A stretch of DNA of 63,031 bases, the filler included. It is 8 parts of 8 records of this genome, joined end to end, with 100 filler letters (N's around TTAATTAATTAA, not from the genome) between each part and the next. Parts side by side here need not be neighbours in the genome. Positions count along the whole stretch, not along the records: positions 38,093 to 44,337 come from SRR31156797_41573; positions 44,438 to 57,334 come from SRR31156797_41622; 6 more parts are not named here. One strand, 5' to 3'. Shown one piece after another: positions 41,672 to 52,310 of the stretch. Every line of letters starts with the position of its first letter. Position 1 is the stretch's first letter. A model generated the notes under the pieces. That model was not told the DNA's origin. It was given only the letters and a program-made list of their open reading frames with translations, and ran no database searches. Made by a program: the position numbers and the translations under genes.

Positions 41672-42784
41672 ATGTTTAAAAGAGCAATTACTGCGCAGGT
41701 GAAAAAAGACCTGAAGAAAAAGATGGTCTTTATCGGTGGCGCAAGACAGGTTGGAAAAACTACGATGGCAAAATCTATCTTGCCTGCTGACGGTGTTTAC
41801 ATGAACTGGGATATTGCTGAGCACAGGGAATCAATAATGAAAAATGAGATCCCTTCTCTGCATATGATAGTTTTTGATGAGCTGCATAAAAATGTTCAGT
41901 GGAGACAGTATCTCAAAGGGATTTTTGATCTTTATGGAAAAGAAAAAAAGATTCTAGTGACGGGAAGTGCAAGACTCGATTTTTACAGACATGGAGGGGA
42001 TTCGCTTCAGGGGCGTTATCATTATTTGAGGATGTTTCCACTTTCTGTGGCGGAACTTAAAATAAATAAAGATGATGATCTTGAAGATCTTTTCAGATTA
42101 AGCGGTTTCCCTGAACCTTTTTTCTCAGGCTCGGAAGTTGAACTTAAAAGATGGTCCAGAGAGTACCGGATGAGGCTAGTTCAGGAAGATATTGTTTCAC
42201 TTGAAAAAACAACTGAGCTTCAGAAGATCGAGTTGATGCTTCTTCGATTGCCTCATCTTGTTGGGTCTCCTCTTTCACTAAATTCCCTCCGTGAAGATCT
42301 TAATGTGAGCCATAAATCAGTTTCTAGTTGGTTCGAAATACTCGAAAGACTATATTCTGTTTTTAGAATTCCACCGATGCAGAGCAATATCCTCAGAGCA
42401 GTGAAAAAAGAGCAGAAACATTATCATTATGACTGGACTCTTGTAGCAGAAGATGGACCGAAATTTGAAAATATGGTAGCAGTTCATCTGCTCAAATGGA
42501 TATGCTGGCAGCAGGATGTTTTCGGAAGAGATATTGAGCTAAGATATTTCAGAGACATTGACGGTAGGGAAGTGGATTTTGTTGCAGTTGAAAACGATAA
42601 ACCCGTTTTTTGTGTAGAGTGCAAGCTCAAAGAAGGATCTGTTTCAAAAAATCTTATATATTTAAAGAAAAAGTTTCCGGAATGTAAAAACTGGCAGATA
42701 CATTTAAGAGGAAAAAAGGACGTGACAACAAAGGAGGGGATAAGAATAGCCCCTGCACTTGAATTTTTAAAAGAGCTGGTTTGA
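41672..42784 (+). CDS. AAA_14 ATPase with DUF4143 / PD-(D/E)xK-like C-terminus
   Basis: GARQVGKTT, FDELHK, VTGS, SLQGR, SGFPE, FENMV and EVDFV...VECK motifs. Confidence 0.9.
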   Translation: MFKRAITAQVKKDLKKKMVFIGGARQVGKTTMAKSILPADGVYMNWDIAEHRESIMKNEIPSLHMIVFDELHKNVQWRQYLKGIFDLYGKEKKILVTGSARLDFYRHGGDSLQGRYHYLRMFPLSVAELKINKDDDLEDLFRLSGFPEPFFSGSEVELKRWSREYRMRLVQEDIVSLEKTTELQKIELMLLRLPHLVGSPLSLNSLREDLNVSHKSVSSWFEILERLYSVFRIPPMQSNILRAVKKEQKHYHYDWTLVAEDGPKFENMVAVHLLKWICWQQDVFGRDIELRYFRDIDGREVDFVAVENDKPVFCVECKLKEGSVSKNLIYLKKKFPECKNWQIHLRGKKDVTTKEGIRIAPALEFLKELV

Positions 42785-42838
42785 CAAAACCCCTCATAAC
42801 CCTTAAATTTAACCGTAACAATTCTTTTGGAGAATGAT

Positions 42839-43906
42839 ATGACCCAATTATTTGCAATAGTCGGATGTGGCAGGATTCTTAAAAAACACGTGGAAGCGAT
42901 AAGAGAAATTGAACAAGCAAAGCTCATTGCTGTTTGTGATATAGATAAAGAAAAAGCACAAAAAGCAGGCGCAGAAAACAACGTGCCTCATTATTCAAAT
43001 TATGATGAAATGCTCAAAACTCATCCTGAAACAGACATTGTTACAATACTTACTCCAAGCGGAATGCACCCGGAACATGTGATAGATATCACAAAAAAAT
43101 ATAAAAAACACATAGTTTGTGAAAAGCCAATGGCTCTGAGACTTGAAGATGCCGATAAAATGATAAAAACATGTGATCTAAATGGAGTTAGACTCTTTGT
43201 TGTCAAACAGAATCGATTTAACCTGCCCGTACAGATCCTTAGAAAATCACTTGAAGAAAAGAAGTTCGGAAAAATAGTAATGGGAACAGTTAGAGTTAGA
43301 TGGTGCAGAAAACAGGATTACTATGATGCAGATGACTGGAGAGGAACATGGGAGCTGGACGGCGGAGTGATCGCAAATCAGGCAAGCCACCACATTGATC
43401 TGCTTGAATGGATGCTTGGAGAGCCAGTCAGCGTTATGGCAATGAACGGAACATATCTTTCAAACATTGAAGTGGATGACACATGCGCCGCAATTATAAA
43501 ATTCGCAAATGGAAGCATTGGAATCGTTGAAGCAACAACAGCCACCAGGCCGAAAGATCTTGAAGGATCACTCTCAATACTCGGCGAAAAAGGAAACTGT
43601 GTAATAGGCGGATTTTCAGTTAATAAAATGGAGCAGTGGAATTTTGAAAATGAGAGCGAAGAAGAAAAGGAAAAAATTCTCAGTCAGTTCAGTGAAAACC
43701 CTCCAAATATTTATGGGTTTGGGCATAAAAGATATCTTGAAAGCGTTATAAACTCGATTGAAACGGGAACAAGAGCGCTAGTTGATGGACTTGAAGGAAG
43801 AAAATCACTTGAACTCATCAATGCCATCTATGAATCAGTTGAAACAGGAAAAGAAGTGAAACTAAGATTTGAGACCAAGTGGTCAAAACTAGGTCAAAAG
43901 GATTAA
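42839..43906 (+). CDS. Gfo/Idh/MocA oxidoreductase (WlbA/WbpB-like nucleotide-sugar dehydrogenase)
   Basis: VGCGRI, TPSGMH, EKPMA, QNRFN, NQASHHIDL and YGFGH motifs. Confidence 0.88.
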   Translation: MTQLFAIVGCGRILKKHVEAIREIEQAKLIAVCDIDKEKAQKAGAENNVPHYSNYDEMLKTHPETDIVTILTPSGMHPEHVIDITKKYKKHIVCEKPMALRLEDADKMIKTCDLNGVRLFVVKQNRFNLPVQILRKSLEEKKFGKIVMGTVRVRWCRKQDYYDADDWRGTWELDGGVIANQASHHIDLLEWMLGEPVSVMAMNGTYLSNIEVDDTCAAIIKFANGSIGIVEATTATRPKDLEGSLSILGEKGNCVIGGFSVNKMEQWNFENESEEEKEKILSQFSENPPNIYGFGHKRYLESVINSIETGTRALVDGLEGRKSLELINAIYESVETGKEVKLRFETKWSKLGQKD

Positions 43907-43908
43907 TC

Positions 43909-44337
43909 TTGAAAAAAATAAAGTCAGAGCAAGTTTACGACGCAAAAGTATTTAAAGTCTCAAAAATCACACTCGACAGAAACGGCGAAGAGATCATACA
44001 CGCAGTAGTCAACTTCCCGGGAACTGTCTGTGTCCTCCCAATAACTCAAAATGGAAAGATCTTGCTCGAAAAACAGTACAGAACCCCTGCCGATAGATAC
44101 CTTATTGAAATACCTGCCGGAAAAATGGATGAAAACGAAGAGCCTGAAGTGACAATGCTTCGTGAACTCGAGGAAGAAACAGGGTTTAAAGCCATTAAAT
44201 ATCAAAAATGTTACGAAGCATTCACAAGCTGCGGATGTCTTGATGAATATCTTCATTATTTTATCGCAAAAGTTGAAAAGATCAGTGAATCAGAAAGAGC
44301 ATTATTTCCTGATACTCACGAGGATATAGAGCTTTTT
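43909..44337 (+). CDS. NUDIX hydrolase (ADP-ribose pyrophosphatase-like), 3'-truncated
   Basis: QYR and EIPAGKMD...RELEEETG Nudix box. Confidence 0.88.
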
Positions 44338-44437
44338 NNNNNNNNNNNNNNNNNNNNNNNNNNNNNNNNNNNNNNNNNNNNTTAATTAATTAANNNNNNN
44401 NNNNNNNNNNNNNNNNNNNNNNNNNNNNNNNNNNNNN
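44338..44437. other. Artificial contig linker
   Basis: N-run + TTAATTAATTAA + N-run. Confidence 0.99.
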
Positions 44438-44439
44438 AA

Positions 44440-44646
44440 CATGTCAACAAATATCTAAAAGAGACATCAGAACAACTTGAAGTTGAGCCGTCATTCCTTT
44501 TTGCAAGACTTGTGCCCGGTACGGCAGAAGTAGCTTCTCTGAACAGCAGAGTACTTTGTAACAGGTGTTACATGGATTTTGCCCGGGGATCAGGCAAGAG
44601 ACCAAGACCTGACATATATATACTTACCTTTATACGCAGAGAGTAA
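44440..44646 (+). CDS. C-terminal fragment of a hypothetical protein with CxxC
   Basis: Open frame from contig edge: HVNKYLKE...VLCNRCYMDF...IRRE*. Confidence 0.55.
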   Translation, partial: HVNKYLKETSEQLEVEPSFLFARLVPGTAEVASLNSRVLCNRCYMDFARGSGKRPRPDIYILTFIRRE

Positions 44647-44752
44647 GGTCTGCTTTTCAATATTTTTTGAAATATATATTTTTAACGTTGGTTGCTATCG
44701 GATCTTTTCCGGCCTTTGAGGCTAAAAAACAACCTTTTTGGCCGGATTCATT

Positions 44753-44780
44753 CGAAAGCTTTAAGAAGTATTTAATATAA
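44753..44780 (+). promoter_or_regulatory. Putative archaeal BRE/TATA promoter of the mtr operon
   Basis: GAAAGC-TTTAAGAA and TTTAATATA about 130 nt upstream of mtrE. Confidence 0.45.
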
Positions 44781-44900
44781 TGCAAACCACTTGACGTTAG
44801 TTTACGCCATATCAATTATGATAAAAAATTAAATGACCATTATTGTAATTATGGCAAATCAACGCTAATACTAATTAAATACAAAAAGGAGGAAATGTGA

Positions 44901-45815
44901 ATGGAACCGCTCACAGGTATGGGCGTACTGGCACTTATGGGAGCAGCCGCAACTATTGCAGGTGCCTCTGAAGACCTTGAATCAGATGTTGGGTCCCAGA
45001 GTAATCCGAACTCCCAGGTGCAGTTAGCGCCCCAGATGATGTATCCTCACAGGATACACAGTAAAGCTGTTTCTGGTGAACCACCTTCAAACGCACTTAT
45101 GTGCGCTATTGGTGGAACTACCGCATCCGTACTGCTCAGCACTGGTGCATCAGCTGTCCTTGCACTTGCTATTGGAGCAATTGTTGCAGCAGCGATACAC
45201 GGCACTTATTCAATTACATCATATATGGGCAGATCGGCAAGTCAGAAACGTTTCAAACAACCAGTTTATCTTGATATAATTAGAAGTCACACACCCGTTA
45301 TTGTAGGATATTCATTTATCACGACGATATGTATCCTTGTGGTAGCTTATCTTATGGTAACCGTACTGGCACACCCATTCCCACTGCCACTTCTGGCATT
45401 CATTTGGGGAATCACTGTTGGTGCTATCGGTTCTTCAACCGGTGACGTACACTACGGTGCAGAAAGACAATTCCAGAACGTCGAATATGGATCAGGCCTC
45501 AATGCTGCAAACTCCGGTAATATCGTGAGAAAAGCAGAGTCCGGTCTTAGAAATGGTATCGACAATTCCTGGTTCTGCGCAAAATTCGGTGGACCTGTAA
45601 CAGGTCTTGCTTTTGGAATGACCGTTTTCCTTAGTGGCTGGATCACAACCGTGTTCGACGCTACAAAAGGAGATGCGATCGGCTGGATTTCAGTCCTCGC
45701 TGGTGTAATAATTGTACTTATACTTATACTGTGGAACAGGAATATAGAAGTCGCTGCACGCGCCGCATTTGGAACATACAAAGAAGATGAACCAGAAGCA
45801 GAGGTGACCGCATGA
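44901..45815 (+). CDS. mtrE: Tetrahydromethanopterin S-methyltransferase subunit E
   Basis: [27 protein letters not shown] and STGDVHYG motifs. Confidence 0.98.
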   Translation: MEPLTGMGVLALMGAAATIAGASEDLESDVGSQSNPNSQVQLAPQMMYPHRIHSKAVSGEPPSNALMCAIGGTTASVLLSTGASAVLALAIGAIVAAAIHGTYSITSYMGRSASQKRFKQPVYLDIIRSHTPVIVGYSFITTICILVVAYLMVTVLAHPFPLPLLAFIWGITVGAIGSSTGDVHYGAERQFQNVEYGSGLNAANSGNIVRKAESGLRNGIDNSWFCAKFGGPVTGLAFGMTVFLSGWITTVFDATKGDAIGWISVLAGVIIVLILILWNRNIEVAARAAFGTYKEDEPEAEVTA

Positions 45816-46531
45816 TCGACATAGCAGGAATATTAATGGATAACATCCTCTGGGTGATCCTTATCACATTAGGTGGAATGCTTATATCATGGAGTGTCCA
45901 CTTCGTACCAGTAGGTGGTGCTCCGGCAGCTATGGCACAGGCAACAGGTATTGGAACAGGTACCGTACAGCTGGCAGCTGGTGCAGGCCTTACAGGTCTT
46001 GTAACAGCAGGTGCCATGATGCAGATCACAGATAGCATGCCACTCATTCTTGCATCCGGTGCAGCCGGTGCAATGATTATGATGTCTGTAACAATGATCG
46101 TAGGATCATGGGTATACGTCTATGGTGTCGGATGTCCTCCAGCATCAGCAAAAGTGAAGTATGACCCAATTACAAAGGACAGACAGGATCTCTACGTCTC
46201 ACAGGGTACTGAGGGACACGGACTTCCAACAGTGTCATATGTAAGTGGTGTAATTGGTGGTGCCCTCGGTGGTATCGGCGGTTCACTTATATATTACTCC
46301 CTCATGAGCATTGAGAACGGACTTGCACTTCCGGACCTTGTAGGTATGGCCAGTGTTTTCGCAGTAGGTATCTTCTTTGTGAACGCGGTAATCCCATCTT
46401 ACAACATAGGAGGAACCATCGAAGGTTTCCACGACCCTAAGTTCAAGAGGTTCCCAAAGGCAGTTCTCGCATCCTTTGTAGCAACTTTCTTCTGCGCATT
46501 ACTTGGCGTATTAGCAATAGGAGGTCTGTAA
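45812..46531 (+). CDS. mtrD: Mtr subunit D
   Basis: [17 protein letters not shown] and [13 protein letters not shown] motifs. Confidence 0.98.
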   Translation: MIDIAGILMDNILWVILITLGGMLISWSVHFVPVGGAPAAMAQATGIGTGTVQLAAGAGLTGLVTAGAMMQITDSMPLILASGAAGAMIMMSVTMIVGSWVYVYGVGCPPASAKVKYDPITKDRQDLYVSQGTEGHGLPTVSYVSGVIGGALGGIGGSLIYYSLMSIENGLALPDLVGMASVFAVGIFFVNAVIPSYNIGGTIEGFHDPKFKRFPKAVLASFVATFFCALLGVLAIGGL

Positions 46532-47341
46532 ATGTCAGCAGGCGGAAGTGGAGCAGCCGCAGAGGCAATTCCACAAAATAAAATTATAGCTTTCGGCGTC
46601 CTTGGCGGAATTATCGGAATATATGCAGCATATTTCCTTGTAGACCTTGTTGGATCATACATGTCCTTCATCGGTGCACTCGGTGCAATATGCGGTATGG
46701 TATGGGGCGCAGCAGCAGTTAGAAGAGTAGCAAGTTACGGCCTTGGTACTGGTGTACCTTCCATTGGTATGCTGGCACTCGGTATGGGCGTACTTGCAGC
46801 AACATTCGGCCTTGCAGTAGGAGGCATTGCCGGACCTGTTATCGCACTTATCGTAGCAGCGATATTCGGACTTTTGGTCGGTGTCCTTGCAAACAAGGTG
46901 CTTAGCATGGGCATCCCTATCATGGAATCATCCATGACAGAGATCGCAACAGCAGGAACAATTACAATCATTGGTCTTGCAATCGCAATGACAGGAACAT
47001 TTGAATTCGCAACCGTACTCAGTCAGGTGATCACCACCGGATACATTGCAGTGATCTTCATTGCAGGCGGACTTGCGATCCTTCACCCATTCAACGCATG
47101 TCTTGGTCCGGATGAGACACAGGACAGGACACTCATATGTGGTGTTGAGAAAGGTGCTATCGCAATGATCGTCGCAGGAATTGTTGCAACCATCAATGAC
47201 GGTGCATCAGGTGCACTCACTATCCTCATAGGACTTGCACTCTGGTACATAGCATTCAGCGGATACTATGAGCGTGTAAAGAGAGATGCATACGTAGTTG
47301 TCGGAACAGGACTGCTGCCATCCAAGGAGGAATTGGAATGA
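46532..47341 (+). CDS. mtrC: Mtr subunit C
   Basis: [16 protein letters not shown] and HPFNACLGP motifs. Confidence 0.98.
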   Translation: MSAGGSGAAAEAIPQNKIIAFGVLGGIIGIYAAYFLVDLVGSYMSFIGALGAICGMVWGAAAVRRVASYGLGTGVPSIGMLALGMGVLAATFGLAVGGIAGPVIALIVAAIFGLLVGVLANKVLSMGIPIMESSMTEIATAGTITIIGLAIAMTGTFEFATVLSQVITTGYIAVIFIAGGLAILHPFNACLGPDETQDRTLICGVEKGAIAMIVAGIVATINDGASGALTILIGLALWYIAFSGYYERVKRDAYVVVGTGLLPSKEELE

Positions 47342-47652
47342 GCATGGTACACGTAGCCCCGGAGGCACACCTTGTACTGGACCCACTCAGCTCACTTCTT
47401 GCAGAAGAGAGAGAGGACATAATCCAGTATTCAATGGATCCTATAATGGAACAGCTCGACGAACTTGACAAAATAGCCGATGACCTCATAAACTCCCTTG
47501 CACCAAGCAAACCACTCCTCAACACATTTGAGGGACGTGAGCACACATCATACAGTGCAGGTTTCTTTGGTAACACATTCTACGGAGTAATAGTAGGTCT
47601 TGGTGTTGCAGGACTTATGCTTCTGGTCATGGGCGCATTAGGAGTGATGTGA
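47338..47652 (+). CDS. mtrB: Mtr subunit B
   Basis: [11 protein letters not shown] and FEGRE motifs, C-terminal TM; operon position. Confidence 0.96.
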   Translation: MSMVHVAPEAHLVLDPLSSLLAEEREDIIQYSMDPIMEQLDELDKIADDLINSLAPSKPLLNTFEGREHTSYSAGFFGNTFYGVIVGLGVAGLMLLVMGALGVM

Positions 47653-47653
47653 A

Positions 47654-48382
47654 ATGGCAGATAAAAGAGAACCAGCCACTGGATGGCCAATACTTAAAGG
47701 TGAGTACGATGTTGGAGATGTCAACAACTGTGTTGCTGTCGTAACATGTGGTTCACACCTTGAAGCAGGTCCACAACTGGATGCAGGTGCATGTCTGACA
47801 GGTCCATGTAAGACAGAGAACCTCGGTCTTGAGAAAGTAGTGGCTCACATAATATCAAACCCTAATATCAGATTCCTTCTCGTAACAGGTTCTGAAGTAA
47901 AGGGTCACATTACCGGTGAAGCAATTATCAAGATCCACGAGAATGGTGTCAAAGACAACAGGATCGTCGGTGCAACAGGTGCTATTCCTTACGTAGAGAA
48001 CCTTTCAGAAGAAGCTATCGCAAGATTCCAGGAACAGGTCGAATGTATCGATCTCATCGGTACAGAGGACATGGGTGCCATTACCGGAAAGATCAAGGAA
48101 TATGCAGCAAAAGACCCTGGAGCTTTCGACGCAGACGCAATGGTACTTGAGGTCGGAGACGGCGGTGAAGATGACAGTGAGGAAGCCGGCGGACTTAAGC
48201 CAATGGCAGCTGAACTTTCAACCGTAAGAAGCAGGATACTGGCTATCAACAAGGAAATGATGGTTATCGGTAACCTTAACAAGTTCCACTCCGGTGTACA
48301 CGCAGGAAAGGTCGAAGGTATAATGATCGGTCTTGCAATAACACTGTCACTACTTGGAATGCTACTGTTCGGAGGTCAGTAA
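47654..48382 (+). CDS. mtrA: Mtr subunit A (corrinoid protein)
   Basis: [27 protein letters not shown] and GAIPYVEN motifs. Confidence 0.98.
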   Translation: MADKREPATGWPILKGEYDVGDVNNCVAVVTCGSHLEAGPQLDAGACLTGPCKTENLGLEKVVAHIISNPNIRFLLVTGSEVKGHITGEAIIKIHENGVKDNRIVGATGAIPYVENLSEEAIARFQEQVECIDLIGTEDMGAITGKIKEYAAKDPGAFDADAMVLEVGDGGEDDSEEAGGLKPMAAELSTVRSRILAINKEMMVIGNLNKFHSGVHAGKVEGIMIGLAITLSLLGMLLFGGQ

Positions 48383-48383
48383 T

Positions 48384-48611
48384 ATGGCAGAAGAAGAATA
48401 TGGAAAAGGCGTACCAATGGTAATAACCCCACAGATGGGACCCATTGAAGCTGTAGTTGAAGACATCCGTTACAGGGCCCAGCTCATTGCAAGAAACCAG
48501 AAGCTTGACTCTGGTGTATCTGCAACAGGCATATCCGGATTCATTGCCGGATTCGCATTTGCAATCCTGATGGTCGTCATCATCCCTATGTTTATCTGGA
48601 AGGTGATATAA
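48384..48611 (+). CDS. mtrF: Mtr subunit F
   Basis: [20 protein letters not shown]; start reassigned to ATG 48384. Confidence 0.96.
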   Translation: MAEEEYGKGVPMVITPQMGPIEAVVEDIRYRAQLIARNQKLDSGVSATGISGFIAGFAFAILMVVIIPMFIWKVI

Positions 48612-48612
48612 G

Positions 48613-48846
48613 ATGGCCGACAGAAGCGACAGGGTACCAAGTGTGGTCACAGACCCGGAAGACTTTAACGCAGTACTTGAGAAGCTCAACCTGATCGATG
48701 AGAAGGTCGAGTTCGTAAACAGTGAAGTTGCACAGCGCATTGGTAAGAAAGTTGGAAGAGACATAGGAATACTTTACGGAGCTGTTGCCGGAATAATCAT
48801 GTTCCTGCTTTATGTACTGTTCCTTGCACCTATGCTCGGTATTTAA
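48613..48846 (+). CDS. mtrG: Mtr subunit G
   Basis: EKVEFVNSEVAQRIGKKVGRDIGILYG. Confidence 0.97.
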   Translation: MADRSDRVPSVVTDPEDFNAVLEKLNLIDEKVEFVNSEVAQRIGKKVGRDIGILYGAVAGIIMFLLYVLFLAPMLGI

Positions 48847-48863
48847 ATAAAGAGGTTATTCAT

Positions 48864-49820
48864 ATGTTCAAATTTGACAAGAAACAAGAGGTATTCGATG
48901 TCGGTGGAGTCAAGTTCGGTGGCCAGCCAGGACAATACCCTACAGTGCTTATAGGAACAATGTTCTATAACAGGCACAAGATCGTGACTGATGAAGACAA
49001 GGGTGTCTTCGATGTAGAAGCTGCAAACAACTTATGGCAGGCAATGGTTGACATGGGCGAAGTTACCGGTAATCCAATCGTTAACCAGATAGTCGGAGAA
49101 ACACCTGAAGCTATCAAGAAGTACATCGACTGGTTCGTAGAAGTAGATGACAAGACACCATTCCTTATCGACTCATCTGCTGGTGACGTTCGTGCAGCAG
49201 CAGCAGCTTATGTGACAGAGATTGGTGTAGCTGACAGGGCTATCTATAACTCCATCAACGCAAGTGTTCACGCTGACGAGATCGAAGCTATCAGGGACAG
49301 TGACATCAACGCATCAATCGTTCTTGCATTCAATGCAACAGACCCAAGCGTAAAAGGTAAACTTGAGATTCTTGAATCCGGTGGTACCGGTCAGGAGAAG
49401 GGTATGCTTGAGATCGCAAAGGAATGTGGCATCACAAAGCCATTGATCGATGTAGCAGCAACCCCACTGGGCGCAGGTTCCGGTGCATCCATGAGAGCAG
49501 TAATTGCTATCAAGGGACACCTCGGACTTCCTGTTGGCGGTGGGTACCACAACATGGCATCCGCATGGGACTGGATGAAGGCATACAAAAAGCAGTTCGA
49601 GACAAGAGCAGAGAAGCAGGCTATCTACATGCCAGCTGATATCGGAACAAACCTTGTACCACAGGTACTCGGATCAAACTTCCAGCTTTTCGGCCCTATC
49701 GAGAACACTGACAAGGTATTCCCTGCAACAGCAATGGTAGACATTATGCTTGCAGAAACCGCAAAGGAACTCGGCCTTGAAATAATGGACGAGAACCACC
49801 CAATCAACAAGCTGGTTTAA
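48864..49820 (+). CDS. mtrH: Mtr subunit H
   Basis: GGQPGQYPTVL, PFLIDS, IYNSIN and FGPIEN motifs. Confidence 0.98.
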   Translation: MFKFDKKQEVFDVGGVKFGGQPGQYPTVLIGTMFYNRHKIVTDEDKGVFDVEAANNLWQAMVDMGEVTGNPIVNQIVGETPEAIKKYIDWFVEVDDKTPFLIDSSAGDVRAAAAAYVTEIGVADRAIYNSINASVHADEIEAIRDSDINASIVLAFNATDPSVKGKLEILESGGTGQEKGMLEIAKECGITKPLIDVAATPLGAGSGASMRAVIAIKGHLGLPVGGGYHNMASAWDWMKAYKKQFETRAEKQAIYMPADIGTNLVPQVLGSNFQLFGPIENTDKVFPATAMVDIMLAETAKELGLEIMDENHPINKLV

Positions 49821-49827
49821 ACCAGCT

Positions 49828-49844
49828 TTATTTTTTTCTTTTTT
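49828..49844 (+). terminator. Archaeal oligo-T terminator of the mtr operon
   Basis: T-rich tract directly after the mtrH stop. Confidence 0.7.
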
Positions 49845-50066
49845 AAATTAAAATTACAAAAATAGCAAGAACCGCAGGTTTGTTAGGGTCCCCAACCTGC
49901 TATTGGTGTACTCGTGGCAAATATATGGAGTACACCAATACAGATACAATTTCCAGTATATATTATGTCCACAGTACTGCTTATTATTAGCAGTATCTTC
50001 CTGAGGAGACAATGAAAATCCTATTGTGTGGCAAAATAATTAAAGCAAAGAAGACTATCAGCTAGC

Positions 50067-50633
50067 ATGACCGAGGTAATGCTGATATGGGACAATCCAC
50101 TATTGTTTGAGAAATTGTTTAAAGAGCATGACATAAAATGTCAGAGAATCATATCAGATTCCATTGGCACACCTTTTATTCCCCCATGCAAATGTGTGAT
50201 CATACCAACGGGTTTTGCAAACAAGGCATATACTAAAATCCTCCCTGGAATTGAGAGAAATGCCAAAAGCTTTGAGAAATTTGTACGCTCAGGTGGCAAC
50301 CTCATAGTCTTTGGACCCATGGTCCCGGAATATAGCTACAAGTGGCTTCCCATGGAACTTGAATATAAGCAAGAACAGCAGGTAACCACCATCTGCACTA
50401 CACAGGACCACGATGCACAATGCCTTGTGGAAGACGTGTGTTCTGAAGTGGAGTTTGATGGATATTTCTCAAAGACAGACGGGGAAGTTGTTTTCAGCAG
50501 CGATGAAGGAAAGCCACTCATGGTGGTAAAAGAGCTTGGTGAAGGTAAAATAATTGCCACAACAATCCATGAATTCCCATCAGGAAAGTTCCTTAAATGG
50601 ATCAATGAAACTGCAAAAAAGAGTAAGATCTAG
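50067..50633 (+). CDS. Conserved hypothetical protein (possibly class I glutamine amidotransferase-like fold)
   Basis: IIPTGFAN, FVRSGGNLIVF and GEGKIIATT patterns. Confidence 0.7.
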   Translation: MTEVMLIWDNPLLFEKLFKEHDIKCQRIISDSIGTPFIPPCKCVIIPTGFANKAYTKILPGIERNAKSFEKFVRSGGNLIVFGPMVPEYSYKWLPMELEYKQEQQVTTICTTQDHDAQCLVEDVCSEVEFDGYFSKTDGEVVFSSDEGKPLMVVKELGEGKIIATTIHEFPSGKFLKWINETAKKSKI

Positions 50634-50636
50634 ACA

Positions 50637-50984
50637 TTAAGCCATAACGGCTAAAAGCACCACATAAAGCAGCACCCCTATCCATATGCCTGTAATTAAT
50701 GTAAGAACAGTATAAGAAATTCTTACAATAGATGGGTCCATATCATAGTACCGGGCTATTCCTCCGCATACTCCTGCAATCATTCGATCATCCCGGCTTC
50801 GGGACAATTTTTTCGATCCATGGGTTCCCTTTACTTTATAGGAATACCAGGCACTTGAAAAAAGCAGACCAAGGACCACCCCTAGTCCCATATTATCAAT
50901 GATTAGACCAAATGCAAGACCAAATACCAGGCCCCAAAGGAAATACGGCCCATAATCCTGATTACCTTTGTCGCCTTTGTCCAT
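50637..50984 (-). CDS. PspC domain membrane protein
   Basis: KLSRSRDDRMIAGVCGGIARYYDMDPSIVR. Confidence 0.9.
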   Translation of the reverse strand: MDKGDKGNQDYGPYFLWGLVFGLAFGLIIDNMGLGVVLGLLFSSAWYSYKVKGTHGSKKLSRSRDDRMIAGVCGGIARYYDMDPSIVRISYTVLTLITGIWIGVLLYVVLLAVMA

Positions 50985-50996
50985 TGAAAACCTTCA

Positions 50997-51275
50997 TCAC
51001 TTTTTGAAATCTACCTCAAGCTGCTCCACGACATCTGCAGCATCGGATAATTTCAATACAAAAAGACCCGAACATGGCTTGATGAACTGGAAGATGACCT
51101 CGTCACCCCTCACGCCCACAGGAACATTATCGCCCACCAGAGGCACACCGCGTATCCTGTAGCCACCTGGAACATAGTAGACCTTATCAGAGCTTTTCTT
51201 TACCATTTCCTCACATTTGGCAGGGCCAGTCCCTTTTAACAAAATCTCGAAGGAAAGGTCATTGATACATGTCAT
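50997..51275 (-). CDS. DUF1894-like methanogen protein
   Basis: VPGGYRIRG and FIKPCSGLFVL; downstream of purM. Confidence 0.7.
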   Translation of the reverse strand: MTCINDLSFEILLKGTGPAKCEEMVKKSSDKVYYVPGGYRIRGVPLVGDNVPVGVRGDEVIFQFIKPCSGLFVLKLSDAADVVEQLEVDFKK

Positions 51276-51292
51276 AATGATACCTTGATAGC

Positions 51293-52297
51293 TTATTCCA
51301 CGATCACAAGGTCTTTGACCTTGATACCCTTTTCCACGATGCGACCTACTATCTTACCACCGGTCATGCTGGCAGCCTTTTCAGCCTGGTCCTCTGGAAG
51401 AATCACAATAAAGCCCATTCCCATGTTGAATGTCCTGAACATCTCAAGGTCATCCACATTACCCTCTTCCTGAAGAAACTTAAAAATTGCATTAGGCTCT
51501 ATCGGATCATAGAAATCAAAACCAAGTGATGTAACTCTCTTCAGTTTAAGGAGACCACTGCCTGTTATATGTGCAAGTCCGTGGACATCACAAGCCTTAA
51601 TCACATCAAGGACTTCCATGTAGATCCTCGTAGGAATTAGAAGTTCATCACCAATTGTGGTTGAAGTATCGTAAGGGAACTCGTCGTGGTATGAATAAGA
51701 AGACTGATCAACAATGTTTCTCACAAGAGTGTATCCGTTGCTGTGAACTCCAGCAGCCGGAATGCCAACAATAGCATCCCCGAGCTGTACATCCTCACCT
51801 GTAATGATGTTCTCTTTTTTGACCATACCAAGACAGGTACCTGCAAGATCGAAGCCCTTTACTATATCAGGAAGCGTCGCGGTCTCACCACCGACAATTG
51901 TCATGCGTGAGATCTCGGCACCTTTTCTTAAGCCCTCGCCGATCTGTGACGCGAAGTCCTCATCATGCTTCTCAAGGGCAAGATAATCTACAAATGATAT
52001 TGGTTCAGCACCGATAGCAAGCAAGTCATTGACGTTCATTGCTATACAGTCGATACCCATTGTATTCCAGCGCTTCATCTCGTTGGCTATGAGAACTTTG
52101 GAACCTACACCGTCCGTTGCAAGAGCAAGGGCATATTCACCGAAGTCAATCAACCCTGCATAGTGACCGATGCCCGTTAGCGGAGCACCAAGCCCCTCAC
52201 GCTTGTAGTCCATACTCTTTGTGAGAGCCTTTATGGTCTCTTCTTCCTTCTCGATGTCAACACCGGATTCTGCATACGTAAGATGCTTGTCTTTCAT
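51293..52297 (-). CDS. purM: Phosphoribosylformylglycinamidine cyclo-ligase
   Basis: TYAESGVD, TDGVGSK, GGETA, HSNGY, HITG and TFNMG motifs. Confidence 0.97.
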   Translation of the reverse strand: MKDKHLTYAESGVDIEKEEETIKALTKSMDYKREGLGAPLTGIGHYAGLIDFGEYALALATDGVGSKVLIANEMKRWNTMGIDCIAMNVNDLLAIGAEPISFVDYLALEKHDEDFASQIGEGLRKGAEISRMTIVGGETATLPDIVKGFDLAGTCLGMVKKENIITGEDVQLGDAIVGIPAAGVHSNGYTLVRNIVDQSSYSYHDEFPYDTSTTIGDELLIPTRIYMEVLDVIKACDVHGLAHITGSGLLKLKRVTSLGFDFYDPIEPNAIFKFLQEEGNVDDLEMFRTFNMGMGFIVILPEDQAEKAASMTGGKIVGRIVEKGIKVKDLVIVE

Positions 52298-52310
52298 TGG
52301 GATCCCTGCA

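Noticed and set aside
44901..49820. mtr operon as a novel system
   Set aside because: Canonical EDCBAFGH order with typical subunit sizes
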